Part shown: one piece after another, positions 45,924-59,115 of the stretch
Numbering within the stretch: the first letter of the stretch is position 1
How the letters are laid out: each line of letters opens with the position of its first letter
From: Blastocystis sp. Blastoise
Taxonomy: Eukaryota; Protista; Bigyra: Opalinata
Direction: 5' to 3'
DNA length: 64,000 nucleotides
NCBI GenBank assembly: GCA_039096225.1
Contig: JBBPEB010000009.1
Coordinates: forward strand, 682,001 to 746,000
Made by a program: the position numbers and the translations under genes
Notes under the pieces: generated by a model
What the model saw: the letters and a program-made list of their open reading frames with translations, nothing else
What the model was told of the DNA's origin: nothing
Database searches by the model: none

Positions 45924-48900
45924 TCAAATAATAATTCAAATAATTCAAATAATAATTCAAATAATAATAATAATAATTCAAAGAATAATTCAAATAATAA
46001 CTCAAATAATAATTCAAATAATAATAATACATCTTCTTCTCCTTCTTTTCGATTTGATTTTGAAGGTAATTTATTATTATCCTCTACTACTGCTAATACT
46101 ACTACTCCTCTTGTATCTTCTATACCTATATCATCTGGTTTATATCACCATGGAGAAGAATCCGATCATCCTGGATATACTATTGATGAATTATTATACT
46201 TATGTAGAAGTTCAATGAAAGGACAACGAACTATAGCATTAACAACATTAAGAAATATAATTTATCAAAGATCAATACGTACTATGTATTATCAAGATAT
46301 ATATCCAATTACTTTATCTTCATTATTACCTAAAACATTATTAAATACATTATCTATGGGTACTAATGAAGAAATATTAATTGCCATGCAATGTTTTATT
46401 TTATTATTTGAATTTCCTGGTGAATTAAATCGAACCCTTATTAATAGTGTATTTTCCCGTGGTTATGAACATGTTAAAGTTCAATCAAATAGTCAAGGTG
46501 GATTTGATGCAATAGATGTAGATCCTCAAGAGGAAGATGAAAATAGTAAAGATAATTCTATACTTAATACTAATAATACTACTACTACTAATAATAATAA
46601 TATAGAAGATGAATTATTATATACAACTAAAGGATGTAAAAATATCATGAATGTACTTGTAAATAATGACATTGTTCATATACTTATACATTTATTTCTA
46701 TTAGATCATTCAGATGAATTCTATTGTATATGTATTCATTTATTAACAATATGTATAGAAAGAAATACAAAAGCATGTATTCAGGTTATGACAAACACTG
46801 AATTTTTACAAAAATGTAAAGATATATATTTATTAGGTATTGATTTTAATAATAGAAATCAATTAATTAATATTATTATGAATAGAGAACAAAATAAAAA
46901 TAGTATTCATGTATTTAAGAATTCTAATGGAAATGAAATAAATACTATTTCAAATCGTGTTTTCCTTTTTGAAACTGAAAGTGATAATAAAATATCAGTT
47001 TTAATATATATATTATATTTATTTGAATGTATGTGCATAAAAAATAAGCAATGTGCTGAATTCTTCTTAAAAAATAATTTTATTTCTTATATTCGATTAT
47101 ATTTATTAATAAGAAAAGAAGAAGATTCAAAGGTATTCTATAAAGAAGAAGAAGGAAATGAAGAAATTAATGAAGATCAAGGAATTAATTATATTATTAA
47201 TTTATATAAATATGCAGTGATTGAAGGTTCTTTGAGTTTTTTAAATACAATATTTCATTATAATATAGATACAGAGAATATAGAAGCATTTATTGATAGT
47301 TATGTTATATTAGAATCTTATAATAATATAAGTATATCCTGTTTATGTTGGTCTATTCATAGTATAAGTATAATATCTCGTCAATCTTTAGATCTTGAAG
47401 ATATTTTTAGTTATGTAAATACATTAATTACTCAAGCATTAGAAAGACTAACAGATACATCTATTGGTATTACTATTAAAGGATCTATCTTATATTATTT
47501 ATGTATATATTTTGAAATTATTATAAATCGTGAAGATAGTATACATTATAAACAACGTATATATGAACAAATAAAAGATATACTTATGATATATATGAAG
47601 AAAGATGAACTCAATATACAAAAGATATTCAATAAACAATATACATTAAATGAACAGTGGATGTCCTTTATTCTACATAGAGATCATGTATATATAATTT
47701 TATTCTATTTTTTTATATATTATAATTTTATTCTATTTTTATTATATATTATAGTTATATTTTAATTTTATTGTATATTATAATTGTATTTTAATTTTAT
47801 TATATATTATATAATTTATCTTATTATATTTTTCATAATATATTATATAATATATTTATTATATTTTATATATATACTATTTTATTAATTAACAAAAACC
47901 TAATAATAATATTATTATTAAATAATCAATATAATTTTATAACTATTTCTTTCTTCTCTAGTTAGAACAAACAATAGAATTACATGATATTACACATAAC
48001 TATACACTTGAAGAATATATATATATTTCATATAATAATTATTTATCAAATTTTTATAAATTATTATATATATATGAACGTTATGATCCTCAAATTATAA
48101 ATATATATAAACAAATTAATATTATTCCTTATTTATTAATATCTACTTCAAATAAACATACACTTCTTTCTAGTTCTCCTCCTCTTACTCCTAATTATAT
48201 GTATATACATCGTTATTCATATATATCTCTTATTTATTTATATTTATTACTTTCTGATCTTTATAAACATCAAATTATTTGTAAAAATACATTCTTACCT
48301 TATTATTCTTTATCTTTTTCCTTACCTACATATATATTACCTGGAGATGAATATTTATGTTTATCTATATATATGTATTTATTATATGATTATACAATAA
48401 TGGATTTATTATATGATCATATATTTGAATCTAAAGGAATAACAAAACATTCTATATTTGATTTTATTCAATTAAATTCTCAATATATATGTTCAGGCCA
48501 ATCATTACAATATTCAGAATTATCATGGGATATTCTAAAATTACAGAGACAATCCTTAATTATTCAGAATTACCAATCTATTACTTATTTACCATTAGTT
48601 AAAGAATATATATTATCTCCTTTATTTGCTTTACGTTCTAGATATGAAGATATATATGAAAATACTCCTCCTTCTATTATACAAACAAAAGAACAAATAT
48701 ATACATATATACAATTATGGTTATTATGGAATTCATCTCAATTTGAATATTGGAGTGAATTACCTTTAGGATTACGTTTTTATGCATTATTACATTTAAT
48801 ATGTGTGGATATTAATATTATAATAGATCCAGAAATACAATCTTTATATCATACTTTATTATTTACTATTCTTAATATATCACCATCTTCTTTAAATAAT

Positions 48901-49449
48901 CATAATAATCAAATATCTTCTTCTTATATATATAATAAAAATAATGAAGATTATTATAAAATAAAAGAATGTACTTCACATCAAGATTGCTTATGTGATT
49001 TCCCACGATTATTCCCTCATTTAGAAGTAGAAAAATATATTAATAAATTATTAGATATTATTATTGATGAATCTTATGGTGAATCTATATATATAGATAT
49101 ATTATTAATATTTTTATATGATTGTCGAGATATATATATAAAGAAATTTATTTATGATCGATTAATTGAAAGTAGAGTCATTAAAACTATTTGTTTTTAT
49201 GAATATAATAAAAATTATATTCATTTTGATTGTACTGTTGATGAAGATGAAGAACTTATTGATACTTATGTATATATTATATGTCAATATCAACAACCTA
49301 TTCTTAATAATAATTGCTTATATGTACATATGCTAAGAACTATTCAATCCTATATACAAAATAAAAAACATCATTATTTATATATTGAACGTAAAATTCA
49401 AAATGCACTACCTATGAATGTCCTTAATCAATATATTTATCATTCATAA
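44546..49449 (+). CDS. RPAP1: RNA polymerase II-associated protein 1 (RPAP1/Rba50/MINIYO), 4 exons
   Basis: GFPEI; IDKEVAKMMSEMSEEQKLKEKEELLHQLSPGLIHFLKNRK (RPAP1_N); RFDFEGNLL...GLYHHGEESDHPGYTIDELLYLCRS...QRTIAL (RPAP1_C). Confidence 0.9.
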
Positions 49450-50164
49450 AAGTTTTCTTTTTTTCTTTTGTTAAACTATATTTATTTGTCTTTTTATTAT
49501 TTTTAGTTGTTCCTTATAATTATTTGTATTTACTTGATATATGTGGTTTCTCTCTTTTTGTTTCCAATATTATTTTAGTAAGACGTTTTGCTTGTAATCA
49601 ATTAAAGTTTCATTTTCTTTTTAAAATAAGCAAATAATTAACTATATCAAATTCATTCTACATCACAAATTGTAGTTTAGACTCTATATGATATAAATTA
49701 TCGGTTTTTAATGACAATAATAGAATAGTTGACGAGACTCTATTCCTATTTTCTAATCTTAATTTCATTCTTTATTAGTTATAATGTTTCAATTAATCTA
49801 ATAATGCATTCAGACCAAATATACATACATAAGTTCAATTTGATGACTACATTGTTCATAAAACTTGTTTTATCACAATAAAAACGATGAAGAAGTCCTA
49901 TTTCATTCAAAGTAGCATCACCAATAAAAAAAAACAAATGAAATAACTGCAAACTTTTAAAAACTAGATAAACAAAAAAAATTAAAATAATCATTAGAAT
50001 TCTGTTCTGTATAGTTGGAAAAAAATATTTTTCATATTTCTTTGAATTCTTAAATATCGATTTATTTGTACTTACACAATTTACAATTGTTCATTTCAGT
50101 TTTCATCGTCTTCTAAAATAGTTTGTGAATCTAATCTATTTATTATTCAGAAAAATTCTACAAC

Positions 50165-51949
50165 ATGAATAATGGAAATTCAAATCAAATCACTGAAAAG
50201 ATTAAATTATCTTTTGTAATCATGTATCGCTATTTTTACATTACAATAATATATTTTATTTTAGTCAAAAATGTTTGTTTAATCTTGGCTATAAAGCATT
50301 TGGGAATAGTCGTCCGATTATCCAATGTTTGTTTGGAGAAATTTCGAAAAAATATGGATCTGTATATTAATTGTAGTCAATAACAAAAATCTTATTCTTC
50401 ATTTTTAGGAATTACGTCCAGAATATATCACAGAGTATCAGGCCTTTATTAAACTTTTAGTTGAAAATAATAAAAAATATTTAGATTGTAAATAACTGAA
50501 TTATTTTTATTTAAGTTAAATATTTATTTATATAGCTGTATTTATCAAATTCTCAGGTTTACGTAATAGTGGAAGTGTTTATACAACTACAAATAGTAAC
50601 AGAGTAAATGTATGAATATAGTTTTTTAATATATATATATATATATATAATATATATTTGTTAAAATTTATTTATTTCTATATTTTTATATAGGGATCAA
50701 AAAGGTAAATTTATTTTTATATATTATATATAGTATGTTATATATATATATTATATTTCTCTTAGACCTTCTACTTTGGAACGTATACCCCAACGTATTA
50801 TTACTAATGATAATAATAACATAGTTAATAATAATGTTAATAATAAAAATATTAATAATAATATTAATAATAACATAGTTAATAATAACATAGTTAATAA
50901 TACTAATAATAATATAGTTAATAATAATACTGCTCTAATTAATAATAATAATAATCCAAATATGATTGTATATAATAATAATATGATGAATATAAAAGAT
51001 AACAATAAATTACCTGCTACTATGATGGCTACAAATAGAAATATTATAAATACCATGAATGGACCTACTAATATAAATTATATTAATACTAATAATAATA
51101 ATATTAATACTAATAATAATAATATGGATATGAATATAATTGGTATTCCTTTAAATCAATCTCAACCTCAACCAACTGTATATATAAATCCATCTATTCT
51201 CAATAATCCTAAAAAGAATACAAATTCTACTAATAATAATATTAATAATATTCCATCTTCTACATATATACCTTCAATATCTTCAACTATGTCTCGATCT
51301 ATTCCTTCTAAAGATATAAATAATAGTAATAATATAAGTCTTATCAATAATTCTATTAATAATAATCCTATGAATATGAATATAAATATTCCTTCATCAC
51401 TTTTACAACCTTCGTCTTCTACTTCTTCTTCTTCTCTACCTACAAATAATTCGATATATAATCCATCGAATATATGTATTTCTGGAACACAACTGAGTAG
51501 ATCCTCATCTGTCAAGGATACTATTCCTAATTATATGAACACAAATACTATTGCTTCTACTCTTATAAATCCTTCAATATCAATAAATAATAATAATAAT
51601 AATAATAATCTATCCATTTTAAATCCAATATCAAATACATATATAAATACAGAAATACAATCTGATTTAAAGAATAGTATTCCTGATTATATGATTCCCC
51701 AATTATCTCCTCAATTTAAAGGAAGAAAGCAATTACTTTCGGATCAAGATATAAATAAATTAAAACCTAATAATATATCAAATACTTTTCTTTCTATTCC
51801 TTCAAATCCCTCATTAGTTACGAATGAACATCAAAATACTATTCCAAATCATAGTTTAGATTCTTCTTCAAATACTTTTAATTCTACTCTTCAATATAGT
51901 GTTAATCATAATAATAATAATAATATTTCAGATAATAATAATATTTCAG

Positions 51950-51981
<32 letters not shown>

Positions 51982-53663
51982 CTGTCTACAACAAGTGTAT
52001 CTTCAATTAAGAATAAGAGTCATTCTTCATCAAATATAAACAATAATCTTCCTATTTCTGAAAGTATAAAGACTACTGTTAAAACAATAACTTCAAAAGA
52101 AGACAAAAAAATAAAAGAACGAAAACAACGAAAAACTTTAAATAAAGATAAAATTGAAGGATTATCTACAGAAAGTAAAAAGAAAATGCATAATATTTAT
52201 TTACATTTATTACATATGCAAACATGTAAAACTGAATGTAAAGTATATTTTTTAATTTTATATATTATAGTTATTATAATAGTTATGATATTATTATTAT
52301 ATTTATATTTATTATTATATTTATTATATTTTTTATTATTATGTTTATTATATTATAATATTTATATTTATATTTATTATTATTATGTTTATTATATTTA
52401 TTATATTTATTATTATATTTATTATTATATTTATTAAGGATTTTCCAAATTGTCGTGTTCAAAAAGAAAAAATTACACATGCATATTTATGTAAAGGAAA
52501 ATGTCAAGTATACAATATACTATATACTATAATATATATATATATATATATAGGATAAAGAATGTGAATGGTATACACGATGTTTAAATCATATATTAAA
52601 TTGTACAAATAAAAACTGTGAAGTTTGTGTTCCTCCTCAACAATATTTACCTGTATATATATATACAACTATTTATTCTTTCATTTATTATTTCATTATA
52701 TTTATTATATTTATTATTATATTTATTATATTTATTATTATATTTATTATATTTATTCTTAATATATAGAATACAAATATAAAAGATTTATTTCATCAAA
52801 TAGAATCTCAACCAAGTTTATGTTGTTCTGCACTATTAACGTTAACACATAAACAAGTATTTTTATTCGATATTTTTTAATATTATTTTTTTATAATTCT
52901 TTATTATTATTCATTATTATATTTATTATTATTTATTTTTTTATAATATATATATATTTTTTATATAATATTTATTATTATATATATTTAGATTCAAGAT
53001 CATTTATTGATGTGCCAAGAACGGTTTTCCCCCGTGTGGAAACCAAGTTTTTTAAATAAAGAATTAGCAGCTGTTCATAGAGACCTAATGGCTTTAGAGT
53101 ATATATATATATATTATATTTAAATATTTTTTATTATCTATAATATTATTTTTAAAGCATATAATATAAGAGTATATGTATATATATATATATAGCATAG
53201 AGAATGTTTTTCATGACCCTGTTGATCCTATAAAGTTAAATATTCCTGAATATTTTAAGATTATTAAACATCCGATGGATTTCTCAACAGTTAAAAATAG
53301 AATAAGAAATGGAGAATATCATCATCCCCGCGAATATTATAAAGATGTAATGCTAGTTTTAAATAATGCAACTACATTTAATCCTTCAGATAATGCTATT
53401 CATCAATTTGCGGATCATTTAAAAACCGAATTTGAGACTTTATTTTCCATATTAAATAAACGTCATGAAGATGCAATACATAGTATAGAGACAAGTACAT
53501 GTAATATCTGTCATGGAGGTACATTCTTATTAGAAGGACAAACATTACATTGTACCGGTGAATGTAGAGAAATTATTAAAATAAATACAAAATATTGGAC
53601 TGACCCAGAACGATTATTTTGTTGGTATATATTGCTATTATATTTATATTAATATTATTATTA

Positions 53664-53717
<54 letters not shown>

Positions 53718-56700
53718 GTTATTATTATACTATAAACATTTCTATTCTTATATATATATAGGTGTGCTAATTGTTATGCCAAGTTACCTGACGATATAAT
53801 TGTAGATGAAAAGAATATAAAGAAAACATCATTATTTATGGAAGATAACAAACCCACACAAAGTAGCGAAGATGTATATATATATATATATAATGATTAA
53901 TAATATTATATAAATAATATTATTATTAATGATTTATTAATTTACTATATATGTATTTGTATATATAAGAATTGAATAGAATAAAAATATTATATATATA
54001 TATATATAGTGGATAGCATGTTCATGTTGTAATAAATATAGTCATCAAATATGTGGATTAGTGAATTCTAGAATAAAATCAAATGAAAGTATATATATAT
54101 GTCCTTCCTGTATTCTCTCCTATAAACAATATAAACCACTTGAACATAATCCTAATATATTCCCTTCTGCATCTGGTATATATATTTATTATTTTTTATT
54201 ATATATATGTTATTTTATTTGTTATTATATGTATTATATTTATTATATTTATTATATTTATTATATATATTATATTTATTATATTTATTATATTTATTAT
54301 ATATTATTATATTTATTATTAATATATATATATAGATCTTCGTAGTACAGAATTATCTCAATATATAGAGCATAGAATTTGGAATCGTATTAATATACTT
54401 ATGAAAAAAGATAGTGAGAAATATGCACGTGCCATTGAGGATCTTCCTCAACCGTCACCTCTAACCGTACGATTAGTATTAAATAAGGAAGAAATATTAG
54501 AGACTCAACCTAATTTTTATAAATATTTCAAAAATGCTGGGTTTCCCAAGGAAATTATATATAAACAAAAATGCATTTGTTTATTTCAAGTAAATAAAAA
54601 TAATATAATGATATATTTTTATTTATAGAATTATATAAATAATAACTATATATATATATATAGTCTATTGATGGTATAGATGTTCTTCTCTTCGTTATGT
54701 TTATATATGAAAGTGACCATACAGCTCCTCAACCAAATAAACGAAAAGTCTATATATCTTATCTTGATAGGTATATATATATTATATATATATTATATTA
54801 TATATAATATATTATATAAACAAATATATATATTCCTTTATATATATATAGTGTTCGTTATTTTCAACCTTCACAATATCGAACAGCTGTCTATAAAGAA
54901 ATATTATTAGCTTATTTAGATTATATTAAACAGAAAGGATATGTTACCGCCAATATTTGGGTTTGCCCGCCAAGAAAAGGAGATGATTATATTATTTATT
55001 GTCACCCTCCTGAGCAGTTAATTCCCACGAATACGCGTCTCGGGAAGTGGTATGATGATATATTAATGGAAAGTCATAAGGAAGGAGTAGTATTAGAAAT
55101 AACCAACCTTGTTGATGAATATCTATATAACTACTCTAAAAGGTATATTATTATTATATATTTATTATATATTATTAGATTATTATTATATATTATTATT
55201 ATTATGCCTATAATATTTTATTATTTTGTTATTATATTATATTATAATATTATATTATATATATATTATATATTATAAATAGACATGATGATTATTGTGT
55301 TATGGATGTTCCTCATTTCTCAGGAGATCATTGGGTGATTGAGAGTGACGCAAAGTGTGCCGATGTTCTAAAAGAAACAAATGGAATTGGCGTATCTAAG
55401 AAAAATGATCAGAACGATGGAGAAAAAGTATTTAATAGTAATTATTATTATATATATATTTATATATATTAGAAGAAAAAAATAAAATCATGTTATCCAC
55501 AAAAAGCTTCTGTTAGTGCTAAATTATTTGAATCATTAAAAGTATATAAATATATATAGTATACATATATATATCTATAACATATAAATCATTATATATA
55601 TATATAGTCTTATAAATCACGTTTAGCAGTAGTAAAATTACAATGGCAATGTATAAAATGTAAAGAGTATATAATAGAAGGTAATGTATATATATGGAAG
55701 AATAAAGATGAAGATAAAGAGAGTAATAAACGTACGGGTCAACCTACAAAAATAGTAGAAATGGAACCATGTTTATGTGAATCTTGTTATAAGAAAAATA
55801 CAGATGCTAAAAGAATCTTTATTAAAGAATATATACATACAGAAGATGATAGTAGTAATGATATAGAAATAAAGAATAATGTGAATATGCCAGTATTTGA
55901 AAGTCGACAAGCATTCTTATCTGTTTGTCAATCAAATCATTATCAATATGATCAAGTATATATATATATTTATTTGTTTTTATTATTATGTTTATTATTA
56001 TAATATATATATATATATGTTATCATATTATTACAATTTATATATATATATATAGTTACGTCGAGCTAAACATAGTACTCAAATGATATTATTTCATTCA
56101 TTTAATACTGGATATAGATTATGTGAATATACTTGTAATAAGGTATATATTACCATTATATATATATAATATTATTATCTATTTATATTATTATTATCTA
56201 TATAGTTATATATATATAATATTATTATTTTACATATAATCTTAATATATATATATAAATAGTGTATGGAAGAAATAAAGGATGGATTTCGATATCATTG
56301 TAATGTTTGTAAAGATTTCGATTTATGTGAAAATTGTTATAAGAATGAAAAACATCCTCATCTTCTATATAAAGTAAAAATCATGCAAGTACATTTCTCA
56401 CAAAGTCAAAATGTATATATATATATTTATTTATTTAACTCCTATATATATATTAATATTATTTTTTTATATATTATTTTTATATATTTTTTTATATAAA
56501 ATGTATTTCATGTTTAAAATAATTATATATATATATATAGAGCCAAGATAGTAAAGAATATGATCGTCAGTTACAAGGGTTATTACATATTTCCACGTGC
56601 GAAAGCATATGCTGTGGTTTCCCTCTTTGTGTGACGATGCAAAATATCTTTAAACACATGTATTGCTGTATAAAACCTAATACTTGTTCAATTTGTATTC

Positions 56701-56875
56701 AAATGCGAAAACTATTGAAATTACATATATATACATGTAAAGAACCTTCCTGCCGTGTTCCTCATGTATTCCCTGAACAAGTAAAATCTATTGGGTATAT
56801 ATATATATACATTATTATTATAAATATATTTAATACTAATTATTATATAGTATGTCACCCTTTAAAACAAGTTAA
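50165..56875 (+). CDS. CBP/p300-type histone acetyltransferase: TAZ, bromodomain, RING/PHD, KAT11, ZZ, TAZ; about 20 exons
   Basis: FHDPVDPIKLNIPEYFKIIKHPMDFSTVK (bromodomain); KVYISYLDSVRYFQP, IWVCPPRKGDDYIIYCHP...RLGKWY (KAT11 with catalytic Trp/Tyr); [45 protein letters not shown] (ZZ); LHIYTCKEPSCRVP (TAZ). Confidence 0.93.
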
Positions 56876-58118
56876 TATTTGTATATATATAACAAATCTA
56901 AATATCTAGTATTTAAATTCTTTATCTTTATTATTGCTTTCATATACCATAATGATTGTTTCTCTTTTGTTTTTAGTTTAGTATCAGCATATCTATATTT
57001 ATATAAATATATACATTAAGAATACTATATGTCAATTTTATACCCTATGAAATTTCTCGATGTTTTTGCCATTTGATTGGACAATAAAATAGAAATAGCT
57101 AATCAAATGTATATAAATATGATATGTATCTAATCATGATCCTTAACACATTGCTTGAAAATGTAATAATGTTCTAGTATAAAAAATTATATACTTATTA
57201 TCTCATATTTTTATAATGATGAGAAGATATCGTTTTATTTGGTGAATATATAGAAACATAGAATATTTCATCTAAATAACTATCTATATACACATAACTA
57301 AAGATTTCTGATATAATAGTATATTTTTAAGTTGAGGATAAGCAACGATAATTGCATCAAATATATTCGATTTTTATTAAAATTTTTTATTTGTTCATTT
57401 AAATAATATTTATGTATATTTATTTAGACATACAGTACATAATAATAAATATACTTTTAATAGTTTGTATATATTCAAAAATATCAGAAGAAAGTAATTT
57501 AAAAGAACTATTAAAAGAAGATATAAAAATAATAAATATAAAAATAAGAATATATATAGTATAATTATTCCTTTTGAATTAAAAAGAAATATTTATATAG
57601 CATTATTACTATGAATGAAAAGAATCTGATCCATTATCTATAAATATATTAATTGTTTTATACATATTACAAAGTTCAGGAATAGAGAGAGATAAGCTAA
57701 TAGAAAGTTTTCCTTAAAAGAAAAAGCAATTTATTGATGAATATAATGAACAATTAGTTAACGAACATGATTAGAAATATCTATAAAATCTAAAGAGTTA
57801 TATGTTAAACATAATATTGAATTTGAACAAAATTTCAAGCATGATGTGATACTTCTACATTAATTTCATCCTTATAGACCAACTGAGTAGTGTATATAAT
57901 TATGTAGATTGCAGAGAAAATCTGATATTACCTTGTAAACAGATTTACTTGATGAGATACTTGATGGAGTTTTCATATTCAGAATGTTATATATTATTGA
58001 ATAGTAATATTCATATTATGTATTATTTTATGTTTAATATATATATATGATGATTTTTTGAATCTATATTTAAAAAAAAAATTTTTGAATATTTTTCATT
58101 TCTCTTATTTTCTTTAAA

Positions 58119-59115
58119 ATGGTGAAAGAAATGGTGTTATTTGGTATTGGTAAGTTTAATAGATTGAAGGAGGATATCAGTGTATATGAAGAATTGATGA
58201 AAGATGTAGTTACTAATTTGGATCAGTAAAGAATCTTGGTATACATTACTTAATATCGATTAATAGACTTATAAAACATATTAGAGATGATTGTATTGAA
58301 AGTAAATCTAAATTAGCTGGTGATATTTCATTTTTTGATGATTTCCCTAGAGATAATATTGAAAATAATTATAGAAATAAGCGTAAATATTCTGATGAAT
58401 GTGATGAAGATATGGATTCCATTAGATTTACGAATAATGGTCCTATATTTCAAATATCGAAATCTGTTTTAGATTCTTTGAAAGGTTCTTTTATTGAAGA
58501 ACAACATGAAGAAGAAAAAATAACGAATGATGGATCTATATATCTTGATTATCCTGGAAAAGATGTTTTTATTTATTATTTATTAGATTATTTGAATGGA
58601 AAGAAAGTAGATTATGATCAATTTTCTTATGAAGAACAATTAGAATTATTGAATTTATTTGAATATTGTTGCTTAGTAATTCCTATAGAATTAATAGATT
58701 GTAGCGAAAGAAGAGATACTAAAAAGAAACAGTATAAGAACGAAGATGAAGTTTCTTTGATTATAAATGGAAATAAGAATGATATTATTAAAGAATATTT
58801 AGTAAAGAATGGATTATGGAATGTATATGTTAAGAATTATGATAATGGATTTATTCATTATCATAATATTGAAGATAGTTTATATATTGATAAGAAATAT
58901 GAATATATTGATTATATTACTGAATATGTGAATAAAAAAAATAAGATTATTGATATTAATAAAGATATATTAGAGAAAGAAATGATTGAATTATTTGGTG
59001 ATCAAGGAAGAGAAGAAATAAGAGAAACAATGCTATTCAGATTATTCAAGCAATCAACTATTATTAATAGAAAAATTAGTAAACCCTAATCAAAATGGTT
59101 TGGTATCGAAAAGAA
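58119..59115 (+). pseudogene. BTB/POZ-like protein gene truncated where a TLDc-like domain would begin
   Basis: ATG at 58119; a 41-nt intron (58226-58266) removes the apparent TAA. GPIFQISKSVLDSLKGSFI...DGSIYLDY...YLLDYLNG resembles KCTD-type BTB. It ends FKQSTIINRKISKP*SKWFGIEKK, resembling the STII..L..W...KKW start of TLDc, and homology then stops. Confidence 0.55.

Noticed and set aside
49779-49994. 71-aa minus-strand ORF upstream of CBP
   Set aside because: No recognisable homology; cannot be supported without expression data.
58226-58266. Apparent internal TAA at 58227-58229
   Set aside because: It is removed by a phase-compatible 41-nt GTAAAG...TAG intron (NLDQ|LIKH).
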